Source: Callorhinchus milii (lineage: Eukaryota). From it: 64,000 nucleotides of DNA. Made by a program: the position numbers and the translations under genes. Positions 54,035 through 64,000 of the stretch are shown one piece after another; within the stretch, counting starts at the first letter, position 1; each line of letters begins with the position of its first letter. The stretch is taken from NCBI RefSeq assembly GCF_018977255.1, contig NW_024704742.1, forward strand, positions 103,108,001-103,172,000, written 5' to 3'. The notes under the pieces were generated by a model. It had not been told where the DNA came from, searched no databases, and saw only the letters and a program-made list of their open reading frames with translations.

Positions 54035-54064
<30 letters not shown>

Positions 54065-54367
54065 CCTTGCATTTGATATAGCGCTTTTCACGTCAGGAGG
54101 ACGTCCCAAAGCGCTTCACAGAACACACTGTAAAGTGAATTGACTGTATATTTGTGGGCGAACGCGGCAGCCAATTGCGCACAGCAATGTCCACAAACAG
54201 TCGTAGATTGAAAATGACCAATTTAATTATTGTTTTTAGTTTTGGAGGGATTATTATTAGGCGTGTGGAGTAAGGAAACTTGGCCAAGGTTTCGCCCTGC
54301 CTGGAATTGAACTCAGGTCTCTCGCTTACAAAGCGAGTGCTCTAACCACTGAGCTACAGGACTCCAC
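54035..54367 (-). mobile_element. Full-length tRNA(Ala)-derived SINE
   Basis: Same family; long (TAA)n tail. Confidence 0.9.
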
Positions 54368-54892
54368 AATTCAGGACTCCACCCTCTACAGGACTCAACA
54401 GAATTGTTGCTCAGGACACTGGGAGAAACTCTTATATTTTTAAATACTGCCATAGGATCTTTTACCTCAAGAACAGGCAATATCCCTGACATTGTAGCAC
54501 TCCCTCACTCAGTAATGCACTGGAGTGTCAGCCAAGACTGTGAGGTTGGAGTTTCAATGTGGAGCTTCAACCCACAACTTCCTGACCCAAGTGAGTCAGA
54601 ATGACACCTAGACAAAAGAATAAATAAAAGTAGAAAATGGAAGAATAAATAATAATAATAATAATCCTTGCATTTGATAATAATAATAATAATAATCCTT
54701 GCATTTGATATAGCGCTTTTCACGTCGGGAGGACGTCCCAAAGCGCTTCACTGAACACACTGTAAAAGACAAAAGTGAAAGAAATCAAATCAATACTTGA
54801 TATAGCCACAACAGATAGATTTACTTGCACTTTTCTAGTCCAGATAAGTGAGATCAAGTAGATCAAGTTAGGCCATGGAAAAAGAACATATG

Positions 54893-55372
<480 letters not shown>

Positions 55373-55565
55373 TAATTGATTATGTATTGAAAAAAAGACT
55401 TGTAATAGGGCCATTATACAAATTCACATCATAATAAAGAACTTATGGCTCACTCAGTAAGTATATTTTCACTGATCCCTATTTCATCCCAGCAACTGTT
55501 TTTCATCCTGTAGCAAATTCTGATGCATGCAATAAATTGATGTATGAGTTGTGGAGCTGAGATTG

Positions 55566-56005
55566 CAACAACAACAAATTAGCAGAAGGAACGGACAGGT
55601 TGGTAGGGGTTAGGAGGTCACAGAGGTAAGGAAGAGTGAGGCCATGAGAGGACCAAGATCTTGAACTATTCTCCAAGTGATGGAGAGCCAGTGGAGTTGG
55701 GGGAGGCTGGGGGTGATAGGGTTATGGAGCCTGGTGTGGGAGAGGACACAGGCTGCAGAGTTCTGGATGATCTGCAGCATGTGGAGGGAGGAGTTGGGGA
55801 GGCTGACAAGCAGGGAATTTTTGTGTAGTCGAGCCTGGATGTGATGAATGCGTGATGAAGGTCTCAGCAGCCTGCGGTTTGAGACATTGGTGGAACCGGG
55901 CAATGTTGCAGAAGGGGGGAAAGGCGGAGCGGGTCATAGTATGGATGTGGGGGACGAAGGACAGTTGAGGGTCAAACAGGATACTGAGGTTCCGTATTGG
56001 CTCCT
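55566..56005 (-). mobile_element. L2 fragment in PGGT1B intron 8
   Basis: LQIIQNSAACVLSHTRLHNPITP...LHWL motif. Confidence 0.85.
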
Positions 56006-56719
56006 TTAGGTGTAGACAAGACCTGGCACTCTTGTCTCAGACTAGCTTTTGACCAATTTCAGATGTTGCTCAATTTTGAACATGCAAGTAAATGGTTAGA
56101 TTTATCCTGTTGACTCTGTCACAGATCTCTTATTTGTAAACCGGAGATGTGAAGCTTCAGAACCGGGTAATAAATAATGCAGTAAGCCAAGGCTTGCGTG
56201 TTGCATGACTTAGAAAAGTAATTTTGTGGTAAAGCTCCATTTTCCTGTAAAGGAAAAAAATGCCTTAATAACAGAGTGAGTAAATGACAAACATTAACAT
56301 TTGCATTGTGGTGTGCTGCAAAGGCAACAACTATGTGGGTTCAGACAAAAAATTTAATTTCACTCAAAGTTCACATCATCATCAAACCATGATGTACTTC
56401 AAAGAATATTGACTCGGGTTCTAAAACTTTTCAATATCTATTCTCGGAAAGTAAAGTCTGCTGAAGTGAGTTATATTTTTGTGTCAGCAATATTGAATTA
56501 GTGATACTCCAATAGTGATACTGAGGGCTGGTTAATTTGTGCTCCTCTCTTGACACATGTCAAGTCGGATTGGTATTATTTTTAGAATATTGGCGCATGA
56601 ACTTTTATTCAATCCTTATTTATTGTTTTGTGCCTTTTGATTACCCCCTGATATTTTGCCATTGTTGGCAAACCTGACTCCTCCACAGTAAATGCATAAC
56701 CCAACATGTTCCTGAGCCA

Positions 56720-56875
56720 AAATTAAAACAGATATTACTGGAAGCACTCAGTGGTCAGGCAGCATCTATAGAGAGAGAAAAGTGAGTTAAAGTTTCAGGT
56801 CAATGACCTTTCAGTTCTGATGAAAGGTCATTGTTTTCATTTATATTTCAGATTTTCAGTAACTAGTATTTTGCC
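56720..56875. repeat. Remnant of a chondrichthyan palindromic repeat with a 13-bp hairpin
   Basis: caatgacctttca-gttctga-tgaaaggtcattg, preceded by ggtcaggcagcatct..gagagagaaa, which I recall as a common shark repeat. Confidence 0.55.
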
Positions 56876-57299
56876 TTGTGTTCCTGAGCCATGCTGATTA
56901 AAGGATTTTAGGTTTGATTTGAAATCACTGAAGATAACTGATCTTAGCTAGGTTGCAATAAGGATGTTACAGGTAACCCTCAGCATGCCATTGCCTGAGG
57001 GAGATAAAACTACACCAGGGTTCCTGTTTCTGTCTGTTATCTAGTGGCTCTCATTTGTGAATCTCAAGTGAAGACAATCTGTCTCTACTGCAATACGCGA
57101 TCAAATAGCTGGGGTTGGCAACTTTAGAAGAGGGGGATAAAAATATTTTCTTTCCATGATAACCGCATTGGGCTACTTCAGAGTATTTGTCAGATTGAAC
57201 AAGACTAGTATTCAGTTTTAAGCCTTTTTTTTCATAAAAATGTATAATCCCTTCCCTCAAAACCTGCTGCTAATTCTGAATGTGATCTGTCTGTTTCAG

Positions 57300-57481
57300 A
57301 TGCTCTACATGCATACTTCGGAGTTTGCGGCCTTTCCTTGATTGGGGAGTCTGGTGTTTGCAAAGTACACCCTGCCTTGAACATGAGTATTAGGGCTTTT
57401 CAACATCTTCAGCACCTGCACCAGACAGCAGAAGCAGACGGATTGGAGCAGCATTCAGAATCTGTGCCTTACTGCACATGA
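57300..57481 (+). CDS. PGGT1B: PGGT1B last coding exon 9 (DALHAYFGVCGLSLIGESGVCKVHPALNMSIRAFQHLQHLHQTAEADGLEQHSESVPYCT*)
   Basis: ctgtttcag acceptor; DALHAY motif with the Zn-ligand His; TGA at 57479-57481; 182 coding nt. Confidence 0.97.
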
Positions 57482-57764
57482 CAAACATAGCAGCAGAAAT
57501 GTAAAACTGAACCTAGGTAAAATACTATAGCCCAAGGAAAAAGCCATGTTATTAGGAAAAGGTCTTGCTTGAATGCTGGAGTTTAATATTAAAAAGACAG
57601 CAGTATAGAATGTTCCTTTTAAAGATTATTGGTCAGTTACTAGACCATTCGCTGTTCGATCTGAATTCTGGTAATACATTGAAGAAGTGTTTTAAGTGAA
57701 TGGATGTTTGTCTATATTCATTAGGAAATAATTTATACTAATTTTCTAACGATTTTGAGCATTT

Positions 57765-57774
57765 AATAAATAAA
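57765..57774 (+). terminator. Candidate PGGT1B polyadenylation signal (two overlapping AATAAA)
   Basis: AATAAATAAA about 285 nt after the stop codon, followed by TG/T-rich sequence. Confidence 0.55.
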
Positions 57775-60700
57775 ACACATCTACCTGTGACTGTCTTATT
57801 ATCTGACATTTCTGACTTTCTTGCAAAGGAAGGAGTAAACATCTGATCAAAATAGTAGATTGTTTTAAAGCCAACCTTTTGCACCGTTTCAGTTTACTTT
57901 AAGCAACATTCTGAAGATACTTTTCGCAGCAACATTGAGTCTCTGAGTTTTTTTAATTCAATTTGGGTAAATTCATACAATGTACATTTCAGCACGGAAA
58001 TAACGTGATTCAAGGAGAGAAGAAATGGAACTCATTTGAGATGATCCAACATCTAATTCATTTCGGGGTGGGAGGGAGGGTTGCTATGTTATACCATATA
58101 GTTATTGTTGCTCCAATTTTAGGAAGCCTTGAACATTTAATTCAATCCAATGTTAACATTTTAAAACACTCATAACTTTCACACAGATTTTTTCTTCTAG
58201 TTTGTCCTACTCCCCGTTGTCAGAAATATCTAATCAGAACTGGTTCAACTGCTAGGAAGACCCCAGAAAACTAGAGACTTTTTGTGCCACCTCCACAGCT
58301 CTACCAACTCAGCAATCTAGGATTTTAGATAATAATAATAATAAACCTTGCATTTGATATAGCGCCTTATAGTATCTTTGAGTCGGCTCAAAGCGCTTCA
58401 CAGAATATACTGTAAAGTGAATTGACTATATTTTGTGGGCAAAGTGCAGGAGCCAATTGCGCACAGCAGTGTTCCACAAATGGTCGTCGATTGAGTGACC
58501 AAATTATTTTTTTATTTAGATGTAGAACAAATTAGGCAAATAGGTATTAACCCATTTGCTTAATTTATGGTCTACACTGGATGAACCACTAATTGTGGTT
58601 CAACAACAAAGGTCAGTATCACATAGCATACTGTGAAAGAAATGTGTTCGCCAAGTTAAACGCTCTGGCCAAGAATACACTTTTCGCTGCCTTCCATGCT
58701 TTTTTGAAATCACAGATTAAAATTAAATTAAAGCAATTATTTAAGGATTGTCTTTCCTCTCCATAGTGCTTGGTTTGATGCATGGCTTCAGCAGAGTTTT
58801 GTTGCCTGTTAAGTGTCGCTGTTGACTGGTTAGCAATCTCCTGTAACAGTCTATTCTAGGGCTCGCACACAATATTTTAGTGACAGATATGATGAGCCGA
58901 ATGGCTTTCTTTTGTGGAATAAATAGTTTGATTTTCCTCTGGTCTCCAACCAGATTCTAATGCTGTCAGATGTTTTTTTTCACTTGTATGGAAATTAGTG
59001 AGTATTACCTACAGTTGGATGAAGCTGGGATCTGCTTCCACAGCAGTTGTTTTCACGTCTGCTCATTATTCATCACAGGGGGAGTCGAGAGATTGGCATT
59101 AAAATTTAATACCACCTTCCTTTGTACAACTATTACAGTTGATTATTAATGTTGCAATAAATATTTCAATTAGAATAGAAATATGAGCGCCAAGCTGGCA
59201 ATGATTAAAATAAATTGAAGGTGTTTTTCTTAAAGGGAAATATTTCAAATGACCCCATCCCTAATGAGGTTTTGCTTCAACTACAAATTAGTTTTTGTGG
59301 ACACTAGAGTTTAGCTATTGGGAGAAGGTTGGGGAGGCAATTTATAATAATAATACTTGCATTTGATATAGCGCCTTATGTCTTAACAAGTCTCGAAGCT
59401 CTTCACGGAATATACTGTAAAGTGAATTGACTAGATTTTGTGGGTGAAATGCAGCAGCCAATTGTGCACAGTAGTGTTCCACAAACAGTCGTGGATTGAA
59501 TGAGCAATTTTTATTTTATTTGAAGCTATTACCCCCGGAAAAGCAATCCGCCAATCGACTAACAACCAGGTTCCTACTTACTGCTAGGTAAACAGGCGTG
59601 TGGAGTAAGGAAACTTGTCCCAACATTTCGCCCAGCCAGGAATCAAATTCTGGTCTCTCGCTTGCGAGGAGAGTGCTCTAACCACTGAGCTACAGGACTC
59701 CATGCTGTGTGATTTGCTGTGTAAATCTTCAAGAGTAAGACCACCTTTTTATAGAACATTTTAATCTGGATGATGCAAATAATGGGGATTGTGACTGTCT
59801 AGTAATCTATTTCCATGTATGTGCATGTTGTGTCTGTGTCCTTGAAACATCTGGTCAAGAAATCGCCCAAACACTTGAAACTAAGTAGGTTTTTCTGTAT
59901 AAAATCTTAAAACATAAGAGTATTACTGTGAAAGAAATAAAATATCTTTAAAATATCATATTTTTAATTGAAAAAAAAGAAAACTTGCCCAAGGTTTCGC
60001 CCTCTGCCTGGAATTGAACTCAGGTCTCTCGCCTGCAAAGCGAGTGCTCTAACCACTGAGCTACAGGACTCCAAATACAGCCTTAACTTGATGCAGATTT
60101 GCAAGTAAAATAATATAACTTTGTTTGGGAGTGGAGTCCTGTAGCGTATTGATCAGAGCACTGCCTCGCAAGCGAGAAGACCTAGGTTCCATTCCCAGGC
60201 AGGGCAGAACCTGAGACAGGTTTCCTTCCTCCACACGCCTCTGCTTACTTAGCAATAAGTAGGAACCTGGTTGTTAGTCGATTTTTGGATCACCGGAGAT
60301 AATAATCTCTTACAAAAATTGGTCACTCAATCCACGACTGTTTGTGGGACACTGTGCGCGCAATTCGCTGCCGCGTTTCATCCACAAAATATACAGTCAA
60401 TTCACTTTACAGTGTATTCTGTAAAGCACTTTGAGACATCTCAACAATGTGATAAGGCAGTATCGTGGGAAGTATCGTGGAGTCCTGTAGCTCAGTGGTT
60501 AGAGCACTCGCTTTGCAAGTGAGAGACCTGAGTTCAATTCCAGGCAGAGGGCGAAACCTTGGGCAAGTTTCCTTACTCCACACAGAGCCTAATAATAATC
60601 CCTCCAAAACCAAAAACAATAATAAATTGGTCATTTTCAATCCACGACTGTCTGTGGGACATTGCTGTGTGCAATTGGCTGCCACGTTCGCCCACAAATA

Positions 60701-63700
60701 ATAATAATAATAATCCTTGCATTTGATATAGCGCTTTTCACGTCGGGTGGACGTCCCAAAGCGCTTCACAGAACACACTGTAAAGTGAATTGACTATATT
60801 TGTGGGCGAACGCAGCAGCCAATTGATATGTGGAGTAGCTGGGTGTTGTTTTGCACAGAAATGTAATTCAGTATGGTTGGCATTGATTTCAAGTCTACAA
60901 TACCTGTCTCCGAGTTGATTGAATTAAATAATTTAGAATCGCCAGTGTTACCAGATATAATTTGGTAATGGAAGTATGGGTGGGAGGCTGAGACAGAATT
61001 ACTTTTTTGAGCAATATATATGTATTTAATTGGACAGTACACAGAAATGTTCAGGACCAGGAAAAAAGCACAAGATTATCAGACCCAATGTAAAACGAAT
61101 AATGCTCCATTCTCTCTCATACCCCTGAATTAACAGTGTGTAATGTAGGCTGAATAGCTACTTTTTAAAAAACGTTTCTTGCCATCCTTTTATGGTGGAT
61201 GATTTCACATGGGTCAAATAATCTGACAATGACCTGATTGAGACATTTGTAGTTAAAGAAGTGTAATAGAATGAATGTGTTTTTTTAAAAAAAAGTATTT
61301 CCCAGTAAATGAAATAGGCTATGAATATAACAATAAGATGGTTACATGACTGGAATTCTATAGCCAGGGTATAAGATGATCTGACGTAGTAAAGTAATAC
61401 AAAAACATTGAAATTAGATCCACAACAGGATTTGATGTAGTTTATTTAAATACAGTCTAAAAGAAAACCCGTTTTGCTTTCTTTTTGGTAAATTGGCTGC
61501 ATTTACTTATCTATTTAAAAGAAGACAAGTGTTTACTTTGAGAAATTCCACAGCATTTACAATAGGCAATTGTACTAACACTAAGTGCTCTGTTGCATGC
61601 TGAACAGTATACTTGATATGTCTGCAAACTAAGGTACGATTAAAATTTGGAAAACTATTATGTTAAAAGGTTTATGTTACATGTGAAGCTAAGTGAACTG
61701 GAGCACCAAAGACATATTTATTTATATGCACAGAGTTGGCTTTATGAGGTTGAGTGATGAGTTTACATCCAGACTTGATTCTAATAAATCTACATTCAGT
61801 ATAATCTCAATCTCAAGAAAACCATTCTGTCTATTGGATGTAATTTTTTAATGCAGTGTAAACATAGTTTTTTAAAAATTAATTTGAAAATGCCTGGTGT
61901 CTCAGATCCCTTATTTATCTTATTAAGGTGTTTTCTATTTAAAAGGCATCTCTGGTTTTATGACTGACATTAACTAGTTATACAACGCTGTGTGCACTTG
62001 GTCATAATTGAGAGCTTCCTGTAGAAGCAGCTTGTCCATTCACCCTCTTGGATGCAGGCAACATAATATAATACTAGAAAGAGAATGGGAAGAAAATAGA
62101 AATACTTTTAAAAAAAAGGCCTTCATATCCTTGAGCCATTCAAAATAAGATCCCTCTGAATAATTTACATTATGTTTAACAATTATTCTAGCTCTAACAC
62201 CGATACATTTTATAGATTCATGTATGCACTTTAAAATAACTTAAAATCTTAATGAAGATGAATTGTGAACGATCCTGGAAAGGCATTATTTGGTAGACAT
62301 TTGGTCATGAAGACCAAAAGGTTGCAAGCCTAAATGCCATTTGTTCTGAGTTAGCTTCACTCACACGGGTACTCTATCTTTGAAAGGCATTCAGCAATAT
62401 CCAGGCTTAATTTCCAAGGGAAGGGGAGTTCCAGACTACACTTATCTACTCTTCAGTGGCTGGTTTGATGTGGATTAGAAAATGCCTCAGATCAGTAACC
62501 CTGGCATAGGAACAACGCCTGGAAGAGAAGAAAATATTTCACTCTAACCCCAAAACAATGCATGTGCCTAACAATTTAGCGCTACCGAAAATGAATGAGA
62601 ATTCTGCAAAGTATGGAGTAAATGTTTTTAAACCTATCAATCAGAAGAGTAAGGAATGGGTGGAGACTTATGTGGAATATAAACAGCAGCACAAATTGGT
62701 TTGGCCGAATGACCTGTTTGCATGCTGTACAGTCTATATAAATCAATCAGAAGGGATTAATTGGATACTGGGCTTTATAAGAGGCAGTGCTAACAATGGC
62801 AAGCTGTGCGGTTTTAGATAGTTAGCCTCCAGCAGTACCCCAACGCATACTCACAGGTCCCCAAACCGTGGATCTTACCAAACTGTGCCTAATACACTCT
62901 GGAATTAGGTAAGCAGGATGGGAGTATGCATTCCATTCCAATAAGTATCTCTGGAACATAACAAGAAGAAAGTTCTGCTACAATTGTGCACAGTGGTCAT
63001 CAGATTACATTGTTAGGGTTAAGTGCTATATTTTAGGAAAGATGTAATAGTGTAACTTTAAGCTCATAGTCTAAGATGACCCTTCAATGCAGTGCTGGGT
63101 GTGCTGCATTTGGATGAGACGTTAAACTGAGGTCCTGTCTGCCTGTTCTGTTGGATGTGAAAGACTTCATGGAGCAATTTGAAAAGAGAAGGGAATTCTC
63201 TGTGGGTCCTGACCAATATCCCACAGAGAAAACAAAATCCTGTAATTTCCCTCATGGGTGTTTGTGGGACAGTCCAGCATGTAAATTGACTCTGGTGTTC
63301 ACCAACAAACACAGTCACTACACTTTACAGAAAAAAATGTGAACCACTGGAACTCTCCATCTCACCTCTCTATCTGTCTTTAAATCCCACTAACAACCTT
63401 ACCTCTTTAATCATGCCATGGTCACCCCCACCCTCAAATACCTGAATTAAAGGGGCAAATACCTGAATCAAAGGGGCAATCTATATAGAAAAACTGCAAA
63501 CAAATAAGGAGAGAGTTCCCAAATACAATGGGATGACATAAGTAAATTTGTGGTTTGAATTTCAGGGTAATAATAATGTCACCAAGCACTTTTTTATGAA
63601 GACAGTGCCCCTTTAAAATGATTGTAGTGTCCAGATAGGTACCAGCCACAGCAGATCTGTGATCCTTCAGACAAAATGCCCGAATTGCTGCTGCTAGTCA

Positions 63701-64000
63701 GCAACTTGGATTGTTATTGAATGGGTGACGTGCTAATGGTTGTACAGTGCATGTCTGAGTAAGTTTTGACAGGTGACTAAGGGACTTTGAACATATTAAA
63801 GTGTGAGACAATAGCTTAGAGCTTTAATAAGCTCAAAGTCCTTACTTGAGACTGAAGCCAGTCTGGATACCAATTACACGCTGCCTGATCCTGGACAGAT
63901 ACTGGATTTGTTACTCGGGCCAAGAAGGCAGCATTTATCATTTAAAGATTTACACTTTTTGGGTCAGCCAGGTGTCTAACACATGTATAAACCCAACACC

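Noticed and set aside
63436..63480. Short tandem duplications (21 bp here, 17 bp at about 49527, 14 bp at 36481) as CRISPR-like or functional arrays
   Set aside because: Two-copy slippage duplications without spacers, in eukaryotic DNA.
58000..64000. Exons of the expected neighbours TRIM36 (and CCDC112 upstream)
   Set aside because: No recognisable peptide found; only repeats and AT-rich sequence.

Overview
Repeat-rich vertebrate genomic DNA. The repeat families (L2, CR1, a tRNA-Ala-headed SINE, Deu-domain SINEs) point to a cartilaginous fish, probably a holocephalan; this is inference. The only confidently identified gene is PGGT1B (geranylgeranyltransferase-I beta): exons 6-9 on + at 47601-57481, with exon sizes 46/185/109/182 nt matching the human gene as I recall it. 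I could not find exons 1-5 in the 47.6 kb upstream, so most of the window is probably one very large PGGT1B intron 5, unless the 25-N gap at 29838 hides or misjoins sequence. Between the repeats in that interval I find an apparently unannotated cluster of immunoglobulin-superfamily receptor gene pieces. The best evidence is a tandemly duplicated, intact 90-nt terminal exon ([14 protein letters not shown]) whose core differs only by synonymous changes, plus a possible third paralogous terminal exon (FYNSIASY). There are also several stop- and frameshift-riddled leader, V-like (CD300/pIgR-type) and hydrophobic exons on both strands. The V-domain calls are by-eye motif matches in decayed frames and need HMM confirmation. 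Smaller observations: two hAT MITEs with 8-bp TSDs, a Tigger/pogo-like element, a templated insertion in an L2, SINE/L2 shared tails, and retroposon tails abutting two PGGT1B splice acceptors.
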